DNA of 64,000 nt from Patescibacteria group bacterium (GTDB taxonomy: Bacteria > Patescibacteriota > Patescibacteriia > UBA9934 > GWF2-40-263): NCBI GenBank assembly GCA_038065075.1, contig JBBTRQ010000011.1, positions 5,924 through 69,923 on the forward strand. Reading direction: 5' to 3'. The first letter of the stretch is position 1; each line of letters begins with the position of its first letter. This document shows, piece by piece, positions 9,583 to 19,508 of this stretch. The translations under genes and the position numbers were made by a program. The notes beneath the pieces are model-generated. The model searched no databases. It worked only from the letters and a program-made list of their open reading frames with translations, and was not told the DNA's origin.

Positions 9583-11238
9583 ATGAAACGACTTGCCTCA
9601 TCCCTCCTCTTGCTTGCACTTTTCCTGGGGAACGCCCCTGGAATCTCTGCCGCAACACTTACCCTGGTTGATTCAGGTCAACCGTTCTATCCATTGTCTG
9701 CCGTAACGTCGGAAGCCGTTTGGAATTATGGAACCCATGAGGTTGAGCGAACATCCATCGCGAAAGGCTTTGTTGGTCCGGTAAAATTCCAAGATGGCCT
9801 TCTTGTAAACGATGGGAGCCAGACGCTGTATCTGCGTGGTGGGCTCGCGTTTGAGTACCCAACGTTTATTGACCTCACCGACCCGGATTTTTATACAACG
9901 CCCATTGAAGAAAATGGATTGGCTGTGCTTGATCACTACGGTGAGGTTTTGAGTGGCGGAGCCTACATCGGCGCATTCACCTATGACTACGCGACTATGT
10001 ATGAAGGACTCCGCGGCGAAGAGTCGCAAGCCCAGTATGTCGAATCCGTTCGTGAGATCACAGATTCATTCGGGTCACTTGCGGGTGATTTCCTTCAGAC
10101 ATTTGTTGATCGACTTCTGGCCAACGCGGTACAGGATCAACTAAAGAATACAAACATTGTTTCAACGGACGTCGTCGCTTTCTCGCAAGAGGGCGAACAG
10201 CTCGTTGTCGTTGTACAGCTGACCTTCAAGGACGGTTCATCTCAGCTGTGGTACGCCGATGATGAAGACACACTCAAAGTGGTTACGGACTCTTGGATCG
10301 CCAAGGACGGCGACTTGCGTGGCGTACATGTGATGGAAAGCGGGTTGATCGCCTTTTTCCGGAATCACTACTATCGGATTTTCAATCCCAAGACCGGTCG
10401 TACAACAGATGAGTCTTCGGGTGGTCGTCTGAGTTGGACGGTTTCCGAACAAAAGAGCCTGCGTATTCAGGACGGCACAGCGGTATGGTTGGATCCTGAT
10501 GGAAGACTCCGATTCGCCGGTACAGGTTTTGTTGGCATCTGGGGAGAGGTTCATGAGAATGAGTTTGCCGTTGTGAACGATCGTCTCTACGCGCGTACCG
10601 AAGGTGCAAATCACGTCGTGGACCTTACCAATGGCACTACGACAAACAATGTCGACCTACTCGTCATGGATGAATTTGACGGGTTCCAAGTCGGTTTGAT
10701 CGGAGATCGCATCGTGTATCGCCATACAAAAACAGGAAAGGATTTGACCATTGGCTATGGCTCACGCCCCATGCTCTCCGGCGCGAATCACGTGTATTGG
10801 ACGGGCGCGGACGGGAAGTTCTATCACGCGACGATTCGTCCCAGCCTCGTAAAGACGTCACAGGTTCAGGCTTGGAAGCAGGCGGGAAGCCCGATTGTGT
10901 ATCTCGTAAAAGATGGTTGGCGTTATGCCATCCCAGATGAGACCACCTACTTCACCTGGTTTGATTCTTGGTCGCAGGTGAAGACGGTTGGGAATGAGAT
11001 CTACAGCGTTCCTATTGGTGGAGCGGCCTCCATGAATATCGGATCACTCGTGAAGTTGGTCGGAGATGATCGGGTCTATATGGTGACAGACTGGCGGCGA
11101 CTTCAGCACCTGGATAACGAAGCCGTGGTCATCAGTGATTACGGAAAAACCTGGGCCACGCAAGTCAAACAGATTGGTACAGCTCCGGCAAAGCACTATA
11201 CATTTGGTCAGCCGTTCAGTACGGTTGTACATGAATAA
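9583..11238 (+). CDS. Secreted/surface protein, paralog of 26595-28286
   Basis: Signal peptide from ATG 9583; C-terminal IPDETTYFTWFDSW...RVYMV...YGKTW shared with the paralog; upstream TTGACG-N17-TAGTTT. Confidence 0.75.
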   Translation: MKRLASSLLLLALFLGNAPGISAATLTLVDSGQPFYPLSAVTSEAVWNYGTHEVERTSIAKGFVGPVKFQDGLLVNDGSQTLYLRGGLAFEYPTFIDLTDPDFYTTPIEENGLAVLDHYGEVLSGGAYIGAFTYDYATMYEGLRGEESQAQYVESVREITDSFGSLAGDFLQTFVDRLLANAVQDQLKNTNIVSTDVVAFSQEGEQLVVVVQLTFKDGSSQLWYADDEDTLKVVTDSWIAKDGDLRGVHVMESGLIAFFRNHYYRIFNPKTGRTTDESSGGRLSWTVSEQKSLRIQDGTAVWLDPDGRLRFAGTGFVGIWGEVHENEFAVVNDRLYARTEGANHVVDLTNGTTTNNVDLLVMDEFDGFQVGLIGDRIVYRHTKTGKDLTIGYGSRPMLSGANHVYWTGADGKFYHATIRPSLVKTSQVQAWKQAGSPIVYLVKDGWRYAIPDETTYFTWFDSWSQVKTVGNEIYSVPIGGAASMNIGSLVKLVGDDRVYMVTDWRRLQHLDNEAVVISDYGKTWATQVKQIGTAPAKHYTFGQPFSTVVHE

Positions 11239-11253
11239 CGTCGCTGAGATTCC

Positions 11254-11566
11254 ATGAGGGAAACTTCGTGGAATCGATTGCGGCGTTCATCCCGAGCGCT
11301 CAGAGGGAGAAGCCAGATGCCTGCACTCCGAGAAGCACCCCAGAAGCTGAGGCGCGACTCGCGCCCACCTTCCCGCCAGGCGGTCTACTTGATCTACATC
11401 GCCCAGGACCGCGGACTCCTCGCCATGGACTACGGGGGCATCTCCTTCACCCTGCTGGACGAGCTCTACCGCGAGCACATCTACATCTGTGCCCCGGTCT
11501 CGCTTGGAGTCTATTAAGGCGCTTTCAAGCACCCTTCTACGTGCTCACCAACCCTGCTCCGGTCGC
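11254..11566 (+). pseudogene. Probable 5' remnant of a gene disrupted by the element
   Basis: Strong GC3 coding bias (AVYLIYIAQDRGLLAMDYGG...) matching 26125-26436; ends near candidate attL. Confidence 0.35.
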
Positions 11567-11693
11567 ATCGAACTTTGGGCGGCTGATACATGCTGGCACA
11601 CGAAAACAGGGGTATCGGGGTTGAGTGTCTTACTGGCAATTTTCGGCTTATGTTCGCCTGTTTCCGGCGAGACAGATATCGTCACCCCTCGAA

Positions 11694-13238
11694 TTATTCG
11701 ACGCCGTATTTAGTATCCGTACCCTTATCAGACACTTTCAAAAAGAGATGGCGGTTAGCACTTACTCGAAACCTCAAATACAGTAGATGGGTCGATGTAC
11801 TGGGATCCGGCCCGCTGATCTCTAAAGTGGGGTGTTCAGCCTGAAGTATTTTTATGACTTCGTCGACTTTCTGACCAACGTCCGACGAGTTGTACAAACG
11901 TGAGTGGACACGCATGGCAAGTTCATTCATCCAGATATCCTCTTCAGAACGAAGCGTCTTTTTCTTTGGCTCAACGACATCCACTGCCTTCTGAAGGACA
12001 AGTATATGTTTTGATGCATCAAAACTATCTGGCGCATTCAGATAATCCTGAGCAGAATCGAGGAACGTTCCACTGAAGTGGAGCACATCTTCATATTCGG
12101 CGATATAAATGTTGTACTCTTCAAGCTTTGCCTTCTGCTCTTTGAGTGACAACTCTTTATCGATTCCTAGATCATCACAGAATGGAGCGAGAATCTCATC
12201 TTTAAATGATTTTTCGTGGCCGGATTTCGGCGCGTCAAAGATGACCCTAGTCTCCTTATCAAAGCTTCGCCACAATTTCCAGAATTGGTATGTCATGTTA
12301 TTTCCACCAGTGCTCACCATAAATACACGACGGCTCCAATCGACCCTATTATCGGTCTTCAGTTTGCCGAAAATAATCTCGTCTGACATTCCTTCAATGA
12401 AAAGTGTAACAGGCGCATAAAGGAACGCGCGCTTGTTTGCATCGAGAAACGGTCCAAGTTTCTCGATCAGAACATCGGCTCCGTTTTCGCTTGCTTGAAT
12501 GATATGTGTATCACGTAGGCGATCCTTCAGATTGAAGTACGAGTAGGTATAGGTATCGGGGTTTCCGACACGAATCATTTCGGGATTATGCGTTGCAAAC
12601 ACGAACTGTTTCCCATAACCTATTTCAGCGTGTATCTCCTCAAGAAGGAATGAAATCATGTCTGGATGGAGATAAAGTTCTGGTTCGTCCACTGCAAGAA
12701 AAAGACACTTTGGGTGGTAAACGTAGGTTAGAAGTAACGACAAACGCCGTAGTCCATCACTTTCGTGTTGAGGTGAATACGATGGGACTTCTTCGTCATT
12801 TTCACGCAGAAACCCCATTACATTTTTCACGCCTCGCTTTTGAAGATTTGGGTAACGACCAAGGTACTTTTGGAGGGCATCACGAATCTTAATTCTGATT
12901 TCTGGATAATCCTCGAGGTGCTGATAGAACGTCTGTCCCGTAACCTCTTCGCTGTCGAGATCCGACTGGCTTGCCGATTTGTCCAAAATTGACTGGCTCT
13001 CCTGATACAGATCGTGTTGTGGCGACGCGGTGATGTACTGTGCAAAATAACCATCACGATTTCGACCGCTATTTGTAATTACTTGCTTCGCCTGTTTGGT
13101 CACGGTTCTAAGAACCAAACTTTTCCCAGAACCATTCGGTCCAAAAAAATAATTGATAGCCTTAAACGTCAGTTTTTTGTCTTGGTGCAAACCATGTGGT
13201 AGGCCGCTCACCTGCGCCTCTTTGAGAAGAAGTTCCAT
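11694..13238 (-). CDS. OLD-family-like ABC ATPase + TOPRIM nuclease
   Basis: Walker A GPNGSGKS, signature SDGLRRL, Walker B/D-loop VDEPELYLHP, H-loop ATHNP, TOPRIM FIEGMSDE. Confidence 0.78.
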   Translation of the reverse strand: MELLLKEAQVSGLPHGLHQDKKLTFKAINYFFGPNGSGKSLVLRTVTKQAKQVITNSGRNRDGYFAQYITASPQHDLYQESQSILDKSASQSDLDSEEVTGQTFYQHLEDYPEIRIKIRDALQKYLGRYPNLQKRGVKNVMGFLRENDEEVPSYSPQHESDGLRRLSLLLTYVYHPKCLFLAVDEPELYLHPDMISFLLEEIHAEIGYGKQFVFATHNPEMIRVGNPDTYTYSYFNLKDRLRDTHIIQASENGADVLIEKLGPFLDANKRAFLYAPVTLFIEGMSDEIIFGKLKTDNRVDWSRRVFMVSTGGNNMTYQFWKLWRSFDKETRVIFDAPKSGHEKSFKDEILAPFCDDLGIDKELSLKEQKAKLEEYNIYIAEYEDVLHFSGTFLDSAQDYLNAPDSFDASKHILVLQKAVDVVEPKKKTLRSEEDIWMNELAMRVHSRLYNSSDVGQKVDEVIKILQAEHPTLEISGPDPSTSTHLLYLRFRVSANRHLFLKVSDKGTDTKYGVE

Positions 13239-13286
13239 ATCTGTAGTGCAGACTATATCATGCCGTTACAATTCAGAGCTGTAAAC

Positions 13287-13889
13287 TTAGAAAGAATATG
13301 AAATCACTCCACGGACGACGCCTTCGATCCTAAAATCTTTATCGGCAACGAACGGATCGTATTTCTTGTTTTCAGAGATCAGGATGATGGCGTTATCGGA
13401 TTTTTGAATCCGTTTGATTAACGCTTCACCTCGATTTACGCACACGACGATCTCGCCGTTCTGCGCGTCATCTGACTTTTTCACCAGAACGAGATCTTTA
13501 TTATGAATTTTCGGCGTCATCGAATCTCCAGAAGCTCTTACCAGGAATGCACCCCCCGCCGGGAAGCCGAGAATCTTTGTTGAGATCGGGACTTGCTCGA
13601 TAGGGTCGCCGTCGAGGACTGAACCGTTCGGTCCACATTTGGCAAACCCGTAAAGATTCAGGTAGGCCACCTTTGCGTCGCCTGTGCCGGAAACGACCTG
13701 GTAATCCCTAGGGTTAGAAGGATTGCGACGCAGACGCCCCTTTTCTTCGAGCTGACGGATGTGGTGGAGAACTACACTCGGAGAAGAGACTCCGAGCTCC
13801 TCCTGAAGATCACGGATGGAGAGTTGCTCGTGCCGATGCCTTTCCAAGAGAACAAGTAGCTTCGCTTGGGTGGGATGGAGCTCCTGCAT
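13287..13889 (-). CDS. LexA/CI-like repressor (wHTH + S24 peptidase)
   Basis: SIRDLQEELGVSSPSVVLHHIRQLEEKG HTH; AKCG cleavage site; GDSM Ser and IKR Lys. Confidence 0.88.
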   Translation of the reverse strand: MQELHPTQAKLLVLLERHRHEQLSIRDLQEELGVSSPSVVLHHIRQLEEKGRLRRNPSNPRDYQVVSGTGDAKVAYLNLYGFAKCGPNGSVLDGDPIEQVPISTKILGFPAGGAFLVRASGDSMTPKIHNKDLVLVKKSDDAQNGEIVVCVNRGEALIKRIQKSDNAIILISENKKYDPFVADKDFRIEGVVRGVISYSF

Positions 13890-13890
13890 A

Positions 13891-13961
13891 TGTGGACAAC
13901 TATACGCTGTGGATAACTTTCAGTCAAGAACATCCTTGTATTGTTCTACGATTTGTTCTAC
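13891..13961. promoter_or_regulatory. Divergent control region with DnaA-box-like nonamers and candidate operator repeats
   Basis: TGTGGACAA 13891-13899, TGTGGATAA 13908-13916; AGAACA 13927-13932 inverted to TTGTTCTAC x2 (13941-13949, 13953-13961). Confidence 0.5.
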
Positions 13962-14101
13962 TCTCGGAATATGCTCGCCGAAACAGTTGATGGTTCTCGT
14001 CCCGCATGCACAGCCGATTAATGGCCACGTGCTTAATTACGTGTCACATGAACGTTGGGACACTCATGCTGGCGCATAACACCAATTCGTCCCATGCATA
14101 T

Positions 14102-14419
14102 ATGGTTCAACCCTATAACGGCCATCATCCCTACACGCAGGTGTGTGTCGGAGGATGGCAATACGCCCTGACCGGCGTGTATTACTGCGGCTACCTCGGA
14201 GCTGACGGACGGCTTCAACCGCTCTACATCGGCCGCGCAATTGGCGACGGCGGAATCCGTGGCCGTCTGCTCGATCATCTCCGAGATGATGTGTGGCCTG
14301 GTGTGACACATTTCGGATTCGCGGTTTGTGCCACTGCGCAAGAAGCTATCACTCATGAAGCGGCGGAGATTCGGCGCTTTCAGCCACGTTTTAACACACA
14401 AGGAAAATCCTATGGCTAA
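14102..14419 (+). CDS. Minimal stand-alone GIY-YIG nuclease
   Basis: GVY...LYIGRA...IRGRLLDH...E..EIRRFQPRFN; start taken at ATG 14102. Confidence 0.75.
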   Translation: MVQPYNGHHPYTQVCVGGWQYALTGVYYCGYLGADGRLQPLYIGRAIGDGGIRGRLLDHLRDDVWPGVTHFGFAVCATAQEAITHEAAEIRRFQPRFNTQGKSYG

Positions 14420-14636
14420 CCAACATGTTCTGAAACGCGAAGACGGCTGGGGTGTACGCCGCGAAAAAGCTTCCCGCGACACCGTCATCGTCCCCACGCA
14501 GAAGGCAGCAGAAAAGATCGCAAAGGAAATCGCCACGAATCAGGGAGGAGATGTCTTTATTCATCGGCAGACGGGCAGCCAATGGCGCGAACGCAACACC
14601 TATGGAAAAATCGACCACAATCCCCCGAGGGGATGA
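14412..14636 (+). CDS. DUF2188-like small protein
   Basis: MANQHVLKREDGWGVRRE...TQKAA..IAKEIA...VFIHR...RERNTYG..HNPPRG; overlaps GIY-YIG stop. Confidence 0.75.
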   Translation: MANQHVLKREDGWGVRREKASRDTVIVPTQKAAEKIAKEIATNQGGDVFIHRQTGSQWRERNTYGKIDHNPPRG

Positions 14637-14682
14637 TGCTTCGACAGGCGTTCAGATTCAGGAATCTGAGACGGAGGTGGCG

Positions 14683-14994
14683 GTGATCATCACGAACCTC
14701 CACCTCCACACGACCGTGCTGCGCAAGCCCAAGACCTTCGCGGAAGGCGTCCGACGTTCCCTTACAAGCGGGAAGGCCGGCCGCGTTCACCAGTCGGACG
14801 GGTTCGAAATCGCTCCAGACGGACAAACGTTCAAGTTCACGATTCCAATCGAAGGGATGGACAGGGTGGTCGCCGATGCCGCCGCCAAAGGCCAACGCGT
14901 CCGCTTCTACATTCCGAGGGATGGCCTGCCTCTCTACATAGGCAAGGATCTTATCCAGCGCACCGAGGCTCTGAAACGCCAGGACAAGGTGTGA
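14683..14994 (+). CDS. Hypothetical protein (~103 aa)
   Basis: GGAGG at 14673-14677 before GTG; 3' part of ORF 14452-14994. Confidence 0.55.
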   Translation: MIITNLHLHTTVLRKPKTFAEGVRRSLTSGKAGRVHQSDGFEIAPDGQTFKFTIPIEGMDRVVADAAAKGQRVRFYIPRDGLPLYIGKDLIQRTEALKRQDKV

Positions 14995-15049
14995 TGTAAT
15001 ACCAGTAGATCGTTCCAACTTCACGTCTACAACGTGGTGTATCACTAAT

Positions 15050-15180
15050 TCCGGCTCCGGCCGGTAGGAGGCGCGGTAACGCGCCGAAGAGGCATCGCCT
15101 CGGTCGTGCCCGCTCTGTAGAGCTAGTTCGAAAGTCTATTTGGATTTTTCGTGCTCGCTCTACGGAGCGGGCACTTTTTG
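15050..15180 (+). other. Highly structured non-coding region (candidate ncRNA, attenuator or cis site)
   Basis: GGCGCG-GTAA-CGCGCC, GAGGC-ATC-GCCTC, and 18-bp stem 15106-15123/15157-15174 followed by TTTTTG. Confidence 0.55.
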
Positions 15181-15214
15181 TTCCCTCACTAACTTATTCA
15201 TCACATTCAGTCAT

Positions 15215-16597
15215 ATGGCCAAACACAACCTTACTCAACACGACGGCACCAAAATTGCCGTTCAGTACGTCCCGCTCGCTTCCCTGAAGCTCGCGGAATA
15301 CAACCCGCGTCGCCATGACGCGGAGCAAGCCGCCAAGCTCAAGGACGGCATCAAAAAGTTCGGGCTGGTCGACCCGATCATCGTGAACGCGGCTCCCGAA
15401 CGCGAGAACATCATCATCGGTGGTCACTTCCGAGCGGAGATCGCAAAGGAGCTTGGCATGACCGAGGTTCCGGTCGTCTTCGTGAACATACCCGACATTG
15501 GGCGCGAGAAGGAATTGAACCTTCGCCTTAATCGCAACACGGGCGAATTCGACCTGGAACTCCTGGCCGAGTTCGACGAGTCCCTACTCACAGACATCGG
15601 CTTCACAACGAACGAGCTCGACCAAATCTTCGAGGCCGAGGAGACGCCCGAGATGTTCGACCTCAATAAGGAGCTGGCCAAACTCGATATCAAACAGATC
15701 GAGATCCAGAAGGGCGACGTATGGCAACTCGGCGAGAGTCAGCTTATGTGCGGGGATTCAACAGTTGAGGTGGACATGTTCACACTCATGGGTGGCGAAC
15801 GAGCGGACATGTGCTTCACCGATCCTCCATACATCCTCGACTATCTCCATGGGAAGAGAAAGGAGGGTCAAGCTGTCACCGGCTTCGGGGCGAAGCGCAA
15901 TCGCCGCTATCTTGAGACCGATGTTCTGCCGCCCGACTTTACGGAAAAATGGATGGGCAGCGTGGTCAAGGTGGCCGCGTCCAACTTCTCGATCATCGTG
16001 TACGAGAATTGGAAGAATATCCGTACGATCTGGGGCGAGATGGAGAAGTATTGGAAGGTAAAAAACATGATCGTTTGGCATCTCGAGAACCGCCACCAAG
16101 GGTTCTCATCCAAGTACAAATTTTTCAACAAGCACGATATCGCCGTGGTCGGCGCGGGCGGTGACGTGCCGTATAACTTCGATCCCGAAGAGGCACCGCT
16201 CCAGGAGGAATACGAGACAGCGCTTTATGCCATCTCCGGAAAGCCACAATGGGAGCCGTACCAAAAGGGCAAGAAAAACTGTCCGACGGACTTTATCGAG
16301 TTCCGTGCGTCCGATGAGAAGCATTCCGGCCAGGGTGTCATCTTTGGCACCAAGCCGACGGAAATTCTCATCCCGTACATCAAGGTGCTCACGAAACGCA
16401 ATGATATCATCCTTGAACCCTTCGGTGGATCCGGTTCGACGTTGATCGCCGCGACGAAGATGAGTCGCCGATGCCGAATCATGGAAAAGTCGCCGGTGTA
16501 CGCGGAAGTGATTCGCAAGCGTTGGGAAAAACTCACAGGGCAGAAAGCAGTCCGTATTTCGTGCGGCATCTATGGAAAATCCAACCCTACATCCTAA
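15215..16597 (+). CDS. ParB-N domain fused to N6A/N4C DNA methyltransferase (phage type)
   Basis: YNPR...FGLVDPIIVN...IIGGHFR ParB domain; LMCGDST, FTDPPY, TKP, EPFGGSGST. Confidence 0.88.
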   Translation: MAKHNLTQHDGTKIAVQYVPLASLKLAEYNPRRHDAEQAAKLKDGIKKFGLVDPIIVNAAPERENIIIGGHFRAEIAKELGMTEVPVVFVNIPDIGREKELNLRLNRNTGEFDLELLAEFDESLLTDIGFTTNELDQIFEAEETPEMFDLNKELAKLDIKQIEIQKGDVWQLGESQLMCGDSTVEVDMFTLMGGERADMCFTDPPYILDYLHGKRKEGQAVTGFGAKRNRRYLETDVLPPDFTEKWMGSVVKVAASNFSIIVYENWKNIRTIWGEMEKYWKVKNMIVWHLENRHQGFSSKYKFFNKHDIAVVGAGGDVPYNFDPEEAPLQEEYETALYAISGKPQWEPYQKGKKNCPTDFIEFRASDEKHSGQGVIFGTKPTEILIPYIKVLTKRNDIILEPFGGSGSTLIAATKMSRRCRIMEKSPVYAEVIRKRWEKLTGQKAVRISCGIYGKSNPTS

Positions 16598-17030
16598 CGC
16601 TCGGCGCACACAGGCAAAGCGGGACGCGGAGAAAGTTCGGCTTGTCGAGGCATTTAGGAAAACGCCCATCGTTCAACTCGCTTGCCAGTCGGCCGGTGTC
16701 CAGAGTCGATCGAGCTATTACCGGTGGCGCAAGGAGGATCCCGAATTCGCCAAGGCCTGTGACGACGCGATTGGCGAGGGTGTTGAACTTGTCTCGGATC
16801 TTGCAGAATCCAAACTTATCCAAGCCATCAAGGAGCAGAACTACTCCGCGATTAGTTTCTGGCTGCGCCATCGGCACCCCGCCTACGCTGACAAACTTAA
16901 CATTCAAGCCAAGGTAGAAGTCGATAAGCCATTAACTTCGGAGCAAGAGGCGGTGATCCGTCGCGCCATCGAGCTTGCCAGGCTCCCACCACCTTATGAC
17001 CAATCCAAACCTTCTACCCCTGCCGAATGA
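16572..17030 (+). CDS. Putative terminase small subunit (HTH)
   Basis: PIVQLACQSAGVQSRSSYYRWRKEDPEFAKACDDAI; directly upstream of and overlapping TerL. Confidence 0.7.
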   Translation: MENPTLHPNARRTQAKRDAEKVRLVEAFRKTPIVQLACQSAGVQSRSSYYRWRKEDPEFAKACDDAIGEGVELVSDLAESKLIQAIKEQNYSAISFWLRHRHPAYADKLNIQAKVEVDKPLTSEQEAVIRRAIELARLPPPYDQSKPSTPAE

Positions 17031-18519
17031 GGACCCTGAGACGGTGAGCGACCTCGTGCACCTCATGATTCGCGACCAGCGGATCCGTACCGAGGTGACG
17101 CGCGGAAGCCATATGTGGTTCTTTCTGACCTACCTCGCGGATTATGTCCGCTATCCCTTCGCGCCGTTCCATCGCGAGATGTTCGCCCTATCTGAGGACG
17201 ACACCCTGCCAATGTTGGTACTCATGGCGTTCCGCGGGTCGGCCAAGTCTACAATCTTCACTCTCTCGTATCCGATTTGGGCGATCCTCGGACAACAGAA
17301 AAAGAAGTTCATCGTCATCCTCGGCCAGACGCAGCAACAGGCACGACAGTATCTCGCCAACCTCAAACGTGAGCTGGAGCGCAACGATCTGCTCCGGCGA
17401 GATCTCGGTCCATTCGAGGAGCGCGACGAGGAATGGAGCGCTGGAAGCATCGTCATTCCTAAATACGATGCCCGCATCACCGCCATTTCCTGCGAGCAAG
17501 GCATCCGTGGACTTCGTCACGGTGCATACCGCCCCGACCTCATCATCTGCGACGACCTGGAGAACCTCGACAGCGTGCGGACGCGCGATGGCCGCCAAAA
17601 ACTCTACCAATGGCTCATGGGCGAGGTCATTCCTGCTGGGGACGTGAACACCCGTATCGTAATCGTCGGCAACTGCCTGCACGATGACGGAATCATGATG
17701 CGGCTCCAGCGAGAGATCACGGCTGGCGCAAGGTTGGGCGTGTTCCGATCGTTCCCACTTCTTGATGACGAAGGTATTTGTTTGTGGCCAGGCAAGTTCC
17801 CAGATCCCGAATTGGTCGAGTCATTTAAGCGGTCGGTGGTGGACGAGATCACCTGGCAACGGGAGTACTTATTAAGAATCATCGCTGGGGTCGATACTGT
17901 GATCCATCGCGACTGGATTCAGTATTACGACGAGGCGGAGATGGCAGCGTGCGGAGAGAAGTTCCGCTACGTGGGGATCGGCATCGATTTGGCGATCTCC
18001 GACAAGGATACCGCCGACTACACCGCCATGGTGACGGCACACGTGTACGGACGAATCAAAAAACTTCGAATCTTCATCCAACCGCATCCGACAAATGAGC
18101 GGCTTGGGTTTCCGGATACCTACGAGCGAGTAAAGGCCATGGCAAATCTCCACACAGACAAAGCAAAGCTCAAAATTTTCATCGAAGATGTAGGCTATCA
18201 AGGCGCACTAATTCAGATGCTCGAAAAAGACGGGTACCCGGCCGAGGGCGTGAAACTTCACGGTGCGGATAAGCGATCTCGTCTTGCGCTTACGAGTCAT
18301 CTGATCAAAAACGGGGTAATTCGCTTTCCTCGGATTGGCGCAGAGGAATTGATCGAGCAACTGACCGGCTTCGGCTCGGAACGCCACGATGACCTCGCGG
18401 ATGCATTCTCGAGTTTGATCATCAAAATCAAAGAGCATGACAAACCCGCGCCGTGCATCGGGTTCATCTCGTTCGGATGGGACGGATCGGTGCGAGATAC
18501 GCGGATTGAACTGGACTAA
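16996..18519 (+). CDS. Phage terminase large subunit
   Basis: Walker A AFRGSAKST, GIRG...RPDLIICDDLE Walker B, IVGN, RNase H-like GIDLA...DYTA, HDDLADAFS. Confidence 0.9.
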   Translation: MTNPNLLPLPNEDPETVSDLVHLMIRDQRIRTEVTRGSHMWFFLTYLADYVRYPFAPFHREMFALSEDDTLPMLVLMAFRGSAKSTIFTLSYPIWAILGQQKKKFIVILGQTQQQARQYLANLKRELERNDLLRRDLGPFEERDEEWSAGSIVIPKYDARITAISCEQGIRGLRHGAYRPDLIICDDLENLDSVRTRDGRQKLYQWLMGEVIPAGDVNTRIVIVGNCLHDDGIMMRLQREITAGARLGVFRSFPLLDDEGICLWPGKFPDPELVESFKRSVVDEITWQREYLLRIIAGVDTVIHRDWIQYYDEAEMAACGEKFRYVGIGIDLAISDKDTADYTAMVTAHVYGRIKKLRIFIQPHPTNERLGFPDTYERVKAMANLHTDKAKLKIFIEDVGYQGALIQMLEKDGYPAEGVKLHGADKRSRLALTSHLIKNGVIRFPRIGAEELIEQLTGFGSERHDDLADAFSSLIIKIKEHDKPAPCIGFISFGWDGSVRDTRIELD

Positions 18520-19508
18520 AATTCGTCTAGATTCAATCCTGGAACCTGATAAAGTTGTTCAATCGCTTTACGCTCCTCGTCTGACAAAAGTTGTACCCCG
18601 CGATTATAAAGAAATTTTACGAATTCATTTACATCCTGGTCATCATGAACCCAATGGATCTGATTATTTTGGATTGCGGCTTGAAGCATCGATCGCAATT
18701 CGTCATCGGTAAATTCTGAAAACTTGCTCAATACAGCAACTGATTTATGTGTAGTCTCAAAATTTCTAGTGTTCGCGAAACCGTCAATAGCGAGGCTTCT
18801 GGCAAGCTCATCGGCCAGTTGAATATTAGGGTACTTATCTCTAAAGAACTGCGATAGGTCAGGATAAAGATATACTTGGGAATTTTTCTTGATTTTCCAT
18901 TCATCTTTCAGGCAATCAAGTATTTCGCCATCGTGTAAAGGTGAGCGGTAATCAGAATCTTTTGAAATGAGATACAAGTCTTCTTTTTGTGGGACGTTGG
19001 CTAAAAGCGAAAGCCAGCAAATCGCGTCTCCGTATGAATTATTTTTTCCTGGCGGGTGTCCGAGGTCCATTCTTCTGACAGCCTTATCGATAATTGTTGC
19101 TGTTTCCAGAACAATTGCCTTAGAGAATATTTCTTCCAAGGTTTTATCAGCTTTTAAACCATCCTGAGCTGCCTCCTCTCTGATGTTCTGTACCGCCTTC
19201 GAGATGAGTTTAGAGAATTCTCTCGCTGCCACGCTCAAAGCAGTGTGGTTTGCGTCGAGCTGAACCAATTGAGGAAATTTCGAGACGGTGTTCCTCAATT
19301 GGAATTCCCGAATGGCATCGGCGATTTTCGTCTCTCTGTTTCGTCGAAATTCAGACCTCGCATGGTCAGGTAAATACAAAACGATACCGCGTTGATCAAG
19401 TGCTGTGACGAGTTTTTTTAATGCCTCAAGATCGTCATCGGTATAATGATAAAAAGAGAGGTATATGTTTGTATCAATGAAGACGTGTAATGCCACAAGA
19501 AATTTCAC
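18516..19508 (-). CDS. PIN-domain protein (DUF4935-like)
   Basis: VFIDTNIYL, EF.RNR, GDAICWLSLL, ISKDSDY acidic PIN residues; abuts hsdS stop. Confidence 0.78.
   Translation of the reverse strand: MKFLVALHVFIDTNIYLSFYHYTDDDLEALKKLVTALDQRGIVLYLPDHARSEFRRNRETKIADAIREFQLRNTVSKFPQLVQLDANHTALSVAAREFSKLISKAVQNIREEAAQDGLKADKTLEEIFSKAIVLETATIIDKAVRRMDLGHPPGKNNSYGDAICWLSLLANVPQKEDLYLISKDSDYRSPLHDGEILDCLKDEWKIKKNSQVYLYPDLSQFFRDKYPNIQLADELARSLAIDGFANTRNFETTHKSVAVLSKFSEFTDDELRSMLQAAIQNNQIHWVHDDQDVNEFVKFLYNRGVQLLSDEERKAIEQLYQVPGLNLDEF

Noticed and set aside
11694-13238. Gabija or retron system
   Set aside because: No UvrD-like helicase or reverse transcriptase adjacent.
13287-13889. Host SOS lexA
   Set aside because: It lies inside the element with a Cys-Gly cleavage site and a divergent mini-operon; more likely an element repressor, though not excluded.
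13891-13916. Chromosomal oriC
   Set aside because: Only two boxes, inside a mobile element, with no dnaA/dnaN or clear AT-rich unwinding region.
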